A DNA stretch of 62,271 nt, filler included, from Platydemus manokwari (lineage: Eukaryota), in the NCBI GenBank assembly GCA_037951405.1. It is 6 parts of 6 records of this genome, joined end to end, with 100 filler letters (N's around TTAATTAATTAA, not from the genome) between each part and the next. Parts side by side here need not be neighbours in the genome. Positions count along the whole stretch, not along the records: positions 1 to 9,097 come from JBBMOY011299539.1; positions 9,198 to 18,751 come from JBBMOY011233208.1; 4 more parts are not named here. One strand, written 5' to 3'. Below the pieces are notes generated by a model. That model did no database searches and was not told where the DNA came from. It saw only the letters and a list, made by a program, of their open reading frames with translations. This document shows positions 1 through 13,600 of the stretch, piece by piece. The stretch's first letter is position 1, and every line of letters starts with the position of its first letter. The position numbers and the translations under genes were made by a program.

Positions 1-1820
1 AATCTGGTCAGACCTTATAATTTAATTATTAAATTTCTTATATAACACAATATGCAAATTAGTGTCCCGACTTATGAATAAAGCTTTAAAAATGTGTCGA
101 CAAACCAAAACCAGAAAAGTCAAAATATGATAAACACATCGACTCAAATATCAAATCGAAGAATCAGTGACAATCTCTACAAATATCTTGGAATGCCCTT
201 TGGTCAACCCAAGCGATCACTGGTCGACAACATTCTGGAATCAATCATCACATTTGAAGCAATCGCAGACTCCAGACTGCATCCTTCACAAAATTCCAGG
301 CTTACAATATTTTTCTGCACTCGAGATTGACTTTCCAACTCCGAATCCAACAAGTAGAAATTACCAAACTGGATTCAAGAAAACTGATCTAAAACCAAAA
401 TAATAAATCAGTACAATCATTCGACAAAAAATACGTCGAATGTGTCGCAAAATACTAAAAATGAACGGATCAAACTCAAGCAACAACAACTTCTTCTAAT
501 TATCTACCAAACTTGGCGGGATCGGACTCACTATGTCCCTCATGGAATATTGCATAAAGACCATTGTCGGTGCCTTCCGTTATCTCAAAAGCCAGGATCA
601 AGAATTTAGAACATACATGTCAAACCACATAACCAATATTGTGAAGCACCGAATGACTTATTCAAATGATCTCAAGACAGCACTTTACTGGATCTCTGAC
701 AAACTACCGGCTGAAAAACTATCGTCAGCAGCAACATGGTGGACCAAAGCTCGGTTTGCTGTCAGAAAACTTATGAAGAGCTGAATTGTTTGTGGAATTC
801 TACAACCAGCACACTGAAATTCTCCTGAAACTCACAAGACTTACCATTTCAACTTCGACAATCAGGGTAAACTCTCAGACATTCTACACGATTCGGTATC
901 AATGGATTCCTACAACAAATGGGTTACCATGAAAAAACAAGGAAGACTGGTTCACTGCTTCTCGGTCAGTCATCTCTCGCAAAAGCCTCTGAAAAACTTT
1001 TACTTGTCACCAGAAGCCTGAATTTTCATGTATCAGGTCAGAAACCACCTACTAATACTGAATTAGAAACCGTATTTCATGAAGAAAGGGAAATCAACCT
1101 TATGCCGACGATGCCAAACAGAACAAGAAACTGATGTCCACATATTCATCTATTGTCCAGCCGTCCCTGGTCTGGCACCAAAAAGACACTCAACCATTTT
1201 AGACCACCTGGGCAGCTACTTGCAATCACTCGTACTGGATATTGATACAAGCCCACCGGAACTAAATACAAGATTTATGACCGGATTAGATCATCAGGAA
1301 CAAAGCCAAGAGACATACCTACATCATTGACCTGAAGTTCCCGTTTGATATCTCGGACAACTTTGAGAAACATCGGTTTCTGAACTTTGAAAAATATCTG
1401 ACAATAGCAGCTGAAATCAAAACAAAAACCAGGTATGAAACATCACTGGATGTACTCTGTATTGGAGTACTTGGATCTTGTTACCCGAAAAACAGCAAAG
1501 TGCTTGCCAACAGCGGTCTAGACAAGCCTCAGGTCACCTTCATCACCGGGTTCCTCATTAGTACTCTACTGAAAGATTCCTTCGTAACATACAAGGTTCA
1601 CACGGACCAATAGAAACTGAAGCTCCTATCTTGATCCAAAGCATACAACCAGATATCTGCAACGACCATAATCTGATAGTTTAACTATTGATATGGAAAA
1701 ACGAGCAATTATAATCTTAAGAATTTCGGCAAGAATACTCATCGGTATAAGCGAAAATGTACATACTGTGAGAACATGTGCCACCGCATCTTGAAGAATT
1801 TTGTGTTTATATTGAATAAA
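1..1820 (+). mobile_element. 3' part of a decayed RLE-type non-LTR retrotransposon (NeSL/R2-like): end of RT, CCHC knuckle, restriction-like endonuclease, 3' UTR
   Basis: Frameshifted pieces read YKYLGMPFG (RT end, ~178-204), CRRCQTEQETDVHIFIYCP..RHSTIL (CCHC and RH motif, ~1100-1200), PD*IIR...IDLKFPFD...EKY (PD-(D/E)xK endonuclease, ~1282-1398) and LCIGVLGS. Stop at ~1613 and AATAAA at ~1815. Confidence 0.85.
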
Positions 1821-1824
1821 TTTT

Positions 1825-3400
1825 AGTTTGTTTGTTTTGTCTTTTAATGTGTCATTTGCTATGTAGCTGGTTCTCTGACCTTTGATGTTTTCCTGAAAAT
1901 TAGAATATCTGCCGTAGTCCTATTGAGCTTCTCGCAAATCTGTGGAAGGACTGAAGCGTGTAATGTAGTAGAATATGCTGCATAGTCGAGAATGTGTAGG
2001 ATGACAAATAAGCCGCAGTCCTTTGAGTTTATTTGCTTTGGGAGTTCGGTTATAATGGACTTTTGGAATTATACTGTTTCCTTTACTACCTGCTTATTCT
2101 GTAAGAGATTGTCCAACTGTGTCCACAGAGCTTTTTGTTCACCCTAAACGAAGAGGTTACAGGATCAATCTAATATTATTAGAGAGTATCCTGTCTGTGA
2201 TGTAGAGGTTGAAGTGGCTTCTATTCTACTGAATAAGTCAGATGAAAACTTTTAAAAATGAAAAAGAGTGGTCAAGTGTTTCGAAGTCTTGGTTGATAAT
2301 GGAGTTTGCAGGTTGCGGTTTGATGAAAATGAATTCAGTGGAATTGAAAAATTTTGTAAGGAGATTGAGTTCGATAGCAGAGCTTGATAATCATTTAGAC
2401 TGAAGATCTTCGTTTGTTAAATGAGTGGTGGCAATTGACTGGTTTGGTTTGTATGTTTTCAGTCTTGTGCTGGTCCGATGAAACAGCAGTAACATTGGAC
2501 AGCAAATTCAAGTGGCAAAAAGGCATCGTGGTTTTGTAGGAATTTTTTCGAGACAATTAATGTGTTGGTAAATGGAAAGCGATAGATCTTTGGACATAAG
2601 TTACACTGGGCATTACGATAATCGATTAGAGACATAAATGACGAGGTTGTTGGAGAACCGACATATAATTTCGATACGATTTGGTTGAGAGGAATATGAT
2701 CTGTTTGGATATTGTAGATTAATAGGTTTGGTTGGAGTTCATCGGCAGATTCTTCTTCACTTTACAGAGCATCGGTTGTTTATTTTGTTTTGGGTTGTTT
2801 CTTGGTACATTTTTTTGGGATGGACTTGATCAGATGAAAAGAGGTGATTAAGTGTTCTCGTATATTGCATGCATTCAGGGCACGCACAGAATAGAGCATC
2901 CAGGTAGTTGATGAGAAATGAAAAGTTTCTAATATAAGTCCACTTTTTCTCTTATTGACTGAGTTGCGTAGATCCTCATTATCGGGGTTAGAGTTTAGAA
3001 TTAGAGTTTATTAGATTGATAGCATCTTGGACTGAGTGGTTAGTCTTGAACGAGTTTTGGAATTATAGTTGTTTATTTATCAAATGAGATCGAGATTCTG
3101 GTCGATTTTTGGAACTTGTCTGGTCCTAAAATTGAGATTAAGGTTTTTATAACATCTCAATGACTGACAGGTTGACAGTGTCTTTGTGAAACATTGGAGA
3201 GTCGGCGTGTTATTTGGTATAGTTAACTTTTATAACATACCTTGTAGGTGCAAGGCGATTTATTTCAGTTCTCTTTCTTGTGATCAAGTAGCACCCAGAG
3301 GTTTTTGTGAGGATAGGCATAAGATGGATTTGCGGTCTGCTGGACCGGTTTATTTTGATTAAATATTGCTCTCTTTTACATTTGTTGCTTCCATGAATTT
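1825..3400 (-). mobile_element. Decayed N-terminal part of a NeSL-type non-LTR retrotransposon with Ulp1/C48 cysteine protease and zinc-finger remnants
   Basis: Minus strand reads ELPKQINSKDCGLFVILHILDY (QxNxxDCG catalytic motif, DCG at 2020-2012) and DLQSK*LSSSAI (degenerate WLxDxxI, ~2410-2370). CPEC and CPV* remnants at ~2885 and ~2610. Candidate ATG (MEATN) at ~3394. Confidence 0.7.
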
Positions 3401-4934
3401 CAAGACGGGTTCGTCAGGAGCTCATAAAATCTTGACACAAATAGGACGTAATCTTTAAATTTTCGACCATGAGACTATTTGATTTTGGGGAATGTTACGA
3501 GTGACGAAGTTTGGAATAGATGTGCCAGATTAAGATCAGATTGATTTTCATTATCCAACTAATTGTATTTTTGTAATGAAGATTTTACGAAGATAACAGA
3601 AAAAGTCTAAGAACGAGATCATCATTTAAAAGAAAATAATTGCAGAGGATCAGGGTGTAGAAATTGTACTGATTAGCTAGAAAACCAGTAATGTGATAAA
3701 ATAAGCGTATTAGCTCAGTTTTTTTAATATTATGCATGTGAAGGCCATTGGCGACCACGCTATTCAAATAAATGCAATTACAAGGAATCAACAGAAGAAG
3801 TAACTGCTGATAAGCATGGTATAATAACTCATTCGAAAAAGCAAGCAATGAGTCAAGTAGTTATAAACAACCACATACTATCTGTTTGCTTCAGATAGAG
3901 ATAGAAAAACGTGTTCGATGAAAGAAATAGCCTAGAAACTATACAATAAATGTTGAGGCATACCAGTACCAAAAGAAGAACGCTTGCGTGCAGACAATTG
4001 GTTCTGCAGTAGAGAAAACGGACACCAGAGAAGCTAGTGTCCGTTGAAACACGAATGTTTAATATACGGAGTAGAAAGTCATCACTTCAAATAGTGATAT
4101 TCAGAGCAGAAGGTAGAATTTTATATATTCATGACGAGATCAAGAAGCAATTTTATTCAATCGAAAACTCAGTGACGAGTTAGAAGATCAAAAAAACCAC
4201 AACATCTCTGACGCAAACATTTCTTCGGTGGAGTTGAATAAAAAGATACCAAGAAAACTCGATATGTAATTAAATGAAGGGAGCGGCAGGATGTGTAGTA
4301 TCGTGATGGTCAATGAATCTAAAGTAAAGATGTTGTGATATTTGTGGGCGTCTATGATAGTGAGGATCTAGAGCTATTTGAACAAATGGAAAGCCATAAA
4401 TTACAAAATAGCTTGATTACGTTTATTGTGGTGTTTTCAAGGGTGACAAACGCCCTACGAGGTATGCAGAAGTGATTGCCCAGTGGAGATGAATGAAACT
4501 CAGGGTTGTAATTGCAAAATGAATTTGTCCTGACTTTATCGGAATTTGACATTCGGGATTTAGGTGAAAGAGGTAGCCACAGTCGATTAATCACAATGTA
4601 ACAAAAAATATACTGATGAAGAAATATCGAAACAAGCACTGGAATCGATCAAGACTAGAAACACAGGTAGAATAGGAAGACTCATCATGGAATATGGAAA
4701 AATATTCATTGTTTCGAAATTGTATCTAGGCTGATATACGGAAAAACTCAGCTAGAATATTGTAAGTTGCCAATATTTTATAAAACATGCCCCGAACGCT
4801 AACTGAAAAGACATGACATTTAGTTATATATTTAAATACTATTAGGTAAATAATTAATATAATTTTATATAAAATCAAATTTTACACAAAATTAAATCTT
4901 TTAAAATTTCTTAATTCTATTTAAAATCCTCACA

Positions 4935-6150
4935 AGCATGAAGATTTACTGGAAGCCGTGTTTCGACGAATTCAAAAGTCGGGTTTGAAAGTGAATCCGG
5001 AGAAATGTACGCTTATCAAAGATGAAGTAAGATTTTTAGGCCACACAGTCAGTGCCAAGGGGATACGGACTAATTACGACAAAATCAAACAGATATGATC
5101 ATTTTTAGGCCTGACAAACTATTATTCCAATTCATCAAGAATTATGCTGTAAAAGCCGCTCTAATATGTGCCGACATCCATGGTCAGAATCATGTCAAAC
5201 AATTGTTTCGAAGCTAAAGTTAGCATCCTGTGAAACACCAATTCTGGATTGCCGGAGAGAAAACAGGATATTTGTACTCAATACGAATGCGAGTTTTAGT
5301 GCAATTGGTTTCGTTCTAAGCAAAGTTACCGAGAAAGGATACTGTGTTACCAGGAAGGAACTGCTGTCTATCACAAATATGCCATTTACTTTAGACAATA
5401 CTTATACGAATATTCATCAGAAAGCTCTTGTATTCTTGATCTCGACATGAAAACCGATCTGCCCTAAGTTTCAAACATGGATGGCGGCTCTGTCAGAATA
5501 CGATTTTGATTTAAGATACAGTAAAGGAGAGAATCATACCAACGCAGGTGGATTGTGTAGGATTGACAAGTCTCTATGTTTTCACTACTAGGCGAGACAT
5601 GATGGAGTAAAGACAGAAAAGCTTAAAACCAAATTTTTAGCCCAAATACAAATAAAATGGAAGACAATGCAGAAAATCCAGGAAGCACAGCATAAGGATG
5701 CAGAAATAGTGAAGACATTAAGATTTATAAATGGTGAAATAACTCCAACTAGCATGGAACTCTGAGATAAACATTCACTTTCGAGAATTACAGGTAAGCT
5801 GAAGGTGGTCCATAATATGTGGATGATGGATAAAAAGGAGAGATAATACCAAAAGATTTCGTGTCTCAATTTGTCAGAACAATTCACGAAGAACTCTGTT
5901 ACTCAGGCTTAAAGAAAACCTTCGCATTTTTGGACGGCAGTTTTTATTGGGTCGACATTTTTAACACCATCAAAGAGATACTGAAAGTATGTATTATCTG
6001 TGCAAAGAGAAAGGTTGATCAATCAAGGACTACGGAGTTTCTTCTGTCTCGGTTAGGCTCTGACTTTCAACAGCAAATCATGGTAGATATTGCTCAGGTT
6101 TAGCAAGTGGGTGAGAGTCATTGCTACATCTAAGAAAGACTAAAAGACAA
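4935..6150 (+). mobile_element. Ty3/Gypsy pol remnant (RT end, RNase H, integrase zinc-binding region), internally deleted
   Basis: LEAVFRRIQKSGLKVNPEKC..VRFLGHTVSAKGI; VLNTNASFSAIGFVLS..YCVTRKELL; WMAALSEYDFDLRYSKG..HTNA; IHEELCYSG..FYW..CIICAKRK. Many stops and frameshifts. Confidence 0.85.
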
Positions 6151-7150
6151 TTTTCCAGGTCATCTTAAACTCGTAGATTTATCGGTTTGGAAAACATTCT
6201 ATCTTATAACAGGAAACAATTTCGATGCAAATTTATGAGAGAGACTTGCTTGGGAATCAACCAAGAATTCAGCTCGCCGTAACGGTATCATGTCGAACGG
6301 ATTTATATCTGCAGGTTTTGGTATATTTTCTTGAATATATTTTTTAAAATTATCATCTATAGCTTTATTTATATTTTCCTGTTTGTAATTTTTCTTGATT
6401 TTGAATAACAAGTTTTAAAAATGGTTTTAAAAATTCGGAGATATTATGATTAATTAAAATTCATAAAATTGATATTATTTTTGACTACTTTTTGTTTATT
6501 CGGGTGTCTCTAGTAGAACCTGAAGAAATTGAAAAAAATTTTAGTTCAAAGTATAGTCTCAAAGACTGGTGGTCCCTACTTTTCTTTGAATGCTTTCTCA
6601 TATGTTTAAGTTCACTATTATTTGTTTCATATAATTTATTCAATGTCCTTGGTTTTTTTAAGTACTGCAGTAACAATCTCATGTGGTGACCACGAATTCG
6701 TATGAAGCTTCATAGATTTTTATACATTTGGCTCTTTAAAACTTATTAATTTACTATATTTTCATTGGTTGTGCTTTTATATCTTTTTCATTAATGAAGC
6801 ATCCAAGAAACTTAATTTCTTTTTCTACTTTCTGTATTGTTTATGTTATGATCTCCAAAAACTTTAAAAAATATTTTACACACTCTTCATTTTTGTTGTA
6901 TAACTGCTCTCTGTGCCTATAATTTGGTCTCTTAAAATTTTAACATATTTAAAGTATTTTCTAAAGTCCATTTATTTAACTATTTAAATTAGAAAGTATC
7001 TTGGTGCTTGCCCAATCACTCATTCGCTAAGAATCTAAACTCATCAAGTTTCCGTCCTCTTACCTATATAGTTGCCTAATTTCTTAAGTTCTAACTATCT
7101 TAAAATAAAAAAAATTGAGGACTTTTCAATTGTCTATTTAAGTCTCACAT
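6150..7150 (-). mobile_element. Possible highly decayed LTR-retroelement gag/protease remnant
   Basis: ORF 6199..6411 contains EFLVDSQAS, similar to the retropepsin xLxDSGAS motif. Upstream broken frames are Lys-rich. No other diagnostic motif. Confidence 0.3.
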
Positions 7151-9097
7151 AAATTAGTAACAGTTACTTAAAAACTCTAAGCAAGAAAACTGGTTATGTG
7201 TCAGCAAATATTTGTTATCATTTTATTTAATATTTATATCGATATTGTTGTATAACATTTGATCTAATAATTTTTTTAATTGCTTCTTTGGAGTCAGCAC
7301 AAAATGCATATTAATATTATTTTAACGAGCCAAATCCTTCTGAAGCTAAAACCAAGCAACTCATAATCCAAACATAATCTATGGATAGTAATACATTTTT
7401 ATTGGTTAGTCCTACACCTGCGTTAATTGAGCATTTTTTGGTTTCATTTTAAATCGTCTACGCTCATTTGTGAAATATTTGTGTATGTGATGCATTTAAC
7501 TGAGTTCGAAGAGTTTGCTATATGGTCCTTGTTTGAAGATCAGCTTAATTATTGACTTTTTTTTAACAGTTGTATTGGAAACTATAAAAAACCTCCAACG
7601 TCCTGATTTTATTTGGTGAGAATAATATTGGAAATTGTATATATTGGAATTTCAGTATATGTTGCGTACCCACCTAGCTTCAAAGGACTTTCATGTATTT
7701 CTTCCAAAGGCATTTATTTTGGGATTGTATTCATTTTTCAATTTTCTTTCTAAGATTCTTACAACGAAAATAGTAAAATATATCAAAACCAAAACCAAAG
7801 CAGCCGCTCAAAAATAACTTTCAGCCACGGGGAAATTAAAATGAAATATTAGTTATTAGACTTTTTAAAATTAGTTTCGCAGAAATCACCTAAATAAAAA
7901 TTAGTTATCGGGTGTCACTACATTTCTTCGATAGATCCAATAATTTCGGTATTTGCATCTTCAATAAATTTCATTGAATTAAAAACACCTTTTTAATCAG
8001 GATGGTCACTGATTGAAATCCAACCCATATCTAGTTATTTTTAGAATAGTAGACTGGTAACGTAGACACATAAATTGATTTATCAATATACTGAATTTTA
8101 TCAAAATTTCACATGTTTGTATTTCCATATTCAACACAGCTCAATGCGTCTAAGATCTTTCATTTCCATAATCAAATTTCATATCAAATAAATTTATTAA
8201 GTTAGGAGTTCTGAATGCAGTCTATCTGATGATTACTCTTCAGTTTCTCTTTGTATAATGTCATCTAGACAGTCGTTTGTCCATCTCAAACCATATTTAC
8301 TTTCTTCCCACTTATTGATTGTAGTATTTCAAAGTCAATTTTTTCTGGCAAACGATCGGCGTACTTTTAGTCAATATTTATACACAAATTCCAATGGCTC
8401 TGACATCTTCCAATGTGAAATGCACTAATTTCATTTTTAATGTATTTAACTTATATCATGATCCGTTGCTTTTAATTCTGGTGTTAAGATATTTAAAAGT
8501 GAAACATGATGTTAATAATTGTTTGATGCTCAGAGCTAAATATTTAAATTTCACCTGGAGGTAATGGTCCATCAGAATTCTTTTCTTTAATAGCTTCAGT
8601 AGTTTAGAATTAATTTGTATTAATAACAAAAAATTCTTGTGTTTCCGTATCCTATGACATTTTTTAAGAAATACACAATCCACCTCCTTTGTGTTATTGT
8701 GACTTCGTTCATAATCTATAGGTGCTTTTGTCAGATGATATTTGAGTGTTTCTCATTTCTTAATATCCTTTCGAAGGAATTATTTAAGATGTTTCAAATT
8801 TTCTACCGTTGGTTCATAATGCATAACTGAAGTGTTGAGATTCGATTTTCTTTTTGCTGGATTGTAATCTTCATATGGTTTCTACCTAAACTGCTGTAAT
8901 CTTCTCAAATTTAGCTAGAAGATTCTTATCCCACTTAAAATATTTTTAAATTTAGTTGGGAAACTTGATACTATTTATTATTAAGTAGATTTTCCACTCT
9001 TATTGATTGAATTGTGCCAAAACATTAATTTCAGTGGTGCAAATTCCTTCAAAAGTAATTTATTTTTTTATTTTATGATTTCAGTTTAATTGAATTA

Positions 9098-9197
9098 NNN
9101 NNNNNNNNNNNNNNNNNNNNNNNNNNNNNNNNNNNNNNNNNTTAATTAATTAANNNNNNNNNNNNNNNNNNNNNNNNNNNNNNNNNNNNNNNNNNNN
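9098..9197. other. Assembly spacer N44-TTAATTAATTAA-N44
   Basis: Identical 100-bp structure at five places in the window; the linker has stops in all six frames. Confidence 0.95.
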
Positions 9198-9977
9198 AAA
9201 CATATTTTATAAATTGTATAACTTGTTCAACAATTTTAACCAATTTTTAATATAAATAGAATAAATTAAATATTGAATAAATTAATTAAATAAATATTAT
9301 TAATTTTATTCAAGTATATTGTGCAAAGTAATTATTTTTGTTATGATTGTTTAATAAAAAGTTTAAGGTAAATTCTTCCGATAATATAATTATTCCGATA
9401 ATAATAATTACCCTAATAAAGTGTAATGCTTAGGTCATTATCGGCTTTGTTGACGTATATTAAATTTTAAAGCAAATTATAATGCGGTGATTTTAAAGAA
9501 TTAAATTTAAATTTGATAAACATAGTTTCATTGATTCGTAATAATATTAATGCACGATATAAATACTTTAACTCAGATAAATAAAAGGTATAGCATTAGT
9601 TACGCAAATTTATTTTCGAACATGATATTGTCAACCACTAAGGAATTACTGAAACGTTGATTTCCGACTTGCATATTGTTATGCTTTATTGAGTTTTGAA
9701 AATTAATATATAAATTTATGATTTGTAAAAATGAAATTAATAATTAAGTTATAAAGTGCGTATAAAACTGGTAATGATAGTTATTTAAGACTTACATTAA
9801 AATTTTTATAATTGATTGAATTTTTAGTTGAATTATAATAAAATGAACTCGAATAAAATCAAGGGTTCGACATAATTTGTATGTCTAATAAAAATCAATG
9901 AAAGATTGTGATTTTAGCTCCCAAATTAATTTGATTCTTTCAGAAAATTAGGAGACGTTTGATTACAATATATATAG

Positions 9978-10641
9978 TGTTAGGATCCGAATACAACCCA
10001 CAATGAGTCACATGAGCACATATCACGCCCACAAATATAATAATATAATTTAATTCCAAAAATAAACCAAATCCTATAAATAGAATTTAATAATTACAAA
10101 AATAGATTAGAATCTAAAAATAGAATTTATTAATTCCAAAAATAGATCAGGAGATAAAAATAGGATTTTAGAATTCCAAAATTAGAAAATTTATGATTGG
10201 GCACAGATATAACGAAAATTAGTATAAAAGCAGTCGGAGAAACAGAACAAATCGCCAAAAACTTTACTAGACAAACAGCTAACTGACACTTATCAGCTTT
10301 AAGCAGTGATCTACCAGAGTATTACAAGCAACGAGCAACTTTTTGTGAGAAAAAATACAACCCGTAAATTCTCCGTCACGAGCCAACTGACTAAGCAGCA
10401 AGGTAAAAAGCGACTCATTGAGTAAATTTCATACCGTGTCGATAGATTCGGTGTCAACTAAATATCTCTTCGTTTTCCTCCCATATTTTTTTAATAGGTT
10501 TTATTTCATTGTACGGTTCACTCGTATCGTGATTCTTGCCCTATGGTTAAGCAAGCCACGCTTTTAATCAGCGTATCATCGCAACTGCTAAAGCTTCATT
10601 GATTATAATAAAATTTGTTTAAAATTATTAATCGTAAAACA
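9978..10641 (+). mobile_element. Solo LTR-like segment
   Basis: Begins TGTTAGG; TGAGTCA site at ~10005; 40-bp tandem repeats at 10041-10190; TATAAAAG at ~10223; AATAAA at ~10607; possible ...ACA end. No target-site duplication confirmed, so the 3' boundary is uncertain. Confidence 0.45.
10041..10190 (+). repeat. ~40-bp tandem repeat, ~3.7 copies
   Basis: Units at 10041, 10081, 10121 and 10161, with consensus about TAGAATTTAtTAATTCCAAAAATAGAT.AG.A..TAAAAA. Confidence 0.8.
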
Positions 10642-13600
10642 TAAATTCAGCCCAAAGAGATTTTAATTACCAAAAATAATACTGGTAAAATCAATGGGTT
10701 TTATGAAGGTTTTTTGATGATCTAAATTTGACAACAAAATAATTATTTTATTTTCATAAGCACTGTTTTTTGACATTAATAATATAACGTTAAGTGTCTG
10801 TGAGTGCTCGAAGCAGCTCATTTCAAGCGGAGTGATAGCTATTTGAAAACAATGTGATCATTATAAATCCATTACCATTCGAAACTCTGACCTTATGAAA
10901 ATTTAATTCCACTTCATTGTCATCGACATCATTTTGATTTGATATGGTTCGGTGGTATTTATTGGTGTATTTGTCATAACATAAACAATCACCTCTGTAT
11001 TATAAGCATGCTATATCGTTTCGTAATCAAATCATCAAAATGATATCAACGAAAATTCATCTATGTTGTGACGAAACTAATGAATGATGAGAATTAACAA
11101 CGACCGGAACTTTCGAGATGACAAGCTGAAAACATAAAATTATCGTATCACATGTCTCGGATTATTTGACAAAATCTTATTAAATAAAAACCCATCAAAA
11201 ATCAATTATACAATACTTCATGGATAAAGCGCGATCATGTGTGCCACTATATCGATACTGTATAACATTCCTATCTTTACCATTTCTCACATTTACCTCA
11301 TGAATTAAGTTTATTAATGACCCTACCGATATCGATTTATGGCCAATTATTTCTTTTAATTTTTTTTAGAAGTTGATTTGAAATTTCTTTGCTAAATAGT
11401 AAGTATAAATAATATATGATATTTGATATTTCCCCTCCAACAAGCGAGAATTAAACCTGAAATATTCATTTGGAATTGTACGAATAGATATTTTAAAAAA
11501 ATATTAAAAAAAAAACTTTTTAAAAGAGTATTTACTCTGACAGAAATATTTACACAAACTCTTCTTCTCCTATTCCGATCAGTGTAAGAAAATAAAATGA
11601 GTTCAAAAATTTATAAACAGCTAACATCTAAGATATTAACGTACATCAAGTTTTTATGAGTCTATTTTTTTACAATGGATTATTAGAAATTATGCATATT
11701 ATTGTATTTATTCTAATTTAACGTAAATTAATATTAAATAAAGAGGCAAAGAAGAGAAAAACAAAAATAGTTTCTGGAGCAGAATTTTAGTAGTGTAATA
11801 TTGGTAGCGTTATACATGGAAATATAGGAAAATTATGAAATATATTGTAAATTAATAATTCTACCGGGCAACAGGACAGATTGTAAGTTCGGATCCATTT
11901 CCAATCTAACAACATAATAAAATGTTATTATAAAATCATTAGTAACTAATATATATATAATATTTATTTAGTTAAAATTAATTTAAATAAACTTTAATTA
12001 AATTATAATTTAAATTACTAAATCATTTTTAAATATTTTAAGATTTTTAAAGATTTAAATACGCGATAAATTTAATGAATATATAACTAGAAAAATTATA
12101 AAAAATAGAAAAAAATAACAATGAAAATAAAAAAAGAGTACTTTAAAAGATCCCAGCAGTTGTGGATTCGATTATGAGAATTGATATCGAACTTAACTGA
12201 TTTTCAAATCTGGCTAAAAGGAAGAGGCTCGAGATTCACCTTTAGCTGCTTTATATAAAAATATATCAAAGACAGTCCGTGATAATACAACAATGATTAT
12301 TGACCAACAACCACTCCGAAACAATTAGAAAATCTACAATTTTACTTTGATCTATTAAAAGAATAAGAATATTAAAACAAGCAATTACAAATTCCCTTTT
12401 GCATCGATGGTTTATTCAATGATTTATTTTTTCGTAAATATTTACCATTAAAGTCGAATTCACTTGTTTCAACTCTTCACTCTTACAGCCTTCACAACTG
12501 GCGTTGATAAAACCCAGTTGTATTTAATTTTTCCTTTGCCGATGGATCAAAAAAATAAGTTGAACTTTTTCAGTTCGAATATTTTAATTATTTATTTATA
12601 TCTCATTTGAAACACAGATACTTGTATTCATCATTTAAATATTCCGGTTTTCATTAAGATAATCCAATTTCAAACCAAACTGTGCCTTCGATTGATGAAA
12701 GCCGAACGGAAATAATTCAAAAAACCTAATCAAAAGATTACCGAAAAATCATCAAGAAACTAGTCTAAGGAGAGTTGGGAAAAGAAGGGGAAAAAACATT
12801 AACAATTTGATTTTTTGAAATGAAATTCAAATTATTCCGAAGAAAATATCATTAAAATGCTCTCAACAGAAAACGACAACAACGGCAACAATTTGCTATC
12901 GAAACAGTTTGATCTGCTGGTTAATCGAAAATATTATCCATAATTTATTTATTTCGAGAATATATTGGAAATTCATTGGAAATTATGACAATCGATATTA
13001 TATTATTTATTTATTTTTAATGGCCAATTGTGAACGACTACCAGTTCTTCGGTGTTTAAAAGAACAAAAATCGATATTCTGCTAAGAATAATTTAAGTTT
13101 GAGATGGAAAAACAAACTTGATGTTTAATGAGGTGAAAATAAATCATCTTTGTTTTAATAATATAATATCACCATGGAAACTGTGGGATAAAATTTTCCA
13201 AATTACCGGAAATAATGACAAAGCTACACTTGTAAATTGAGCACAATCTCAATTTCAATTACTATGATATACTTAATCTAAAAATAATCTGTACTACTTA
13301 TAAACCCTGTATTGTATTACTTACGAAACAGTGAATCATGATGTTTTTTTTCTAATTTCTTTGTCAGTGAGTCAATCATAAAATGGTCTTTTGATTTTTT
13401 TTTTCTCCTGTCACTTGCCAATAATCTTAATAAGCAAATCATATTTTACAACAATTTATTTTCAACATACAAAAATATCCCCAATCTTCAACAATAACCG
13501 GGCAACGATTAAGTCTTACAATTCCAATCAATGATTCGCAAATTATGTTTCCAAATTAGAAAGAAAAACGAAAAAAAAGAAAAACTCAAAATTTGGCTCC

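Noticed and set aside
4613-4635. CTGATGA-AGAAATATC-GAAAC resembles a minimal hammerhead ribozyme core
   Set aside because: No complementary strands for stems I and III could be found on either side.
7200-9000. Coding-like broken frames on the minus strand
   Set aside because: Probably a decayed element, but no diagnostic motif could be recognised.
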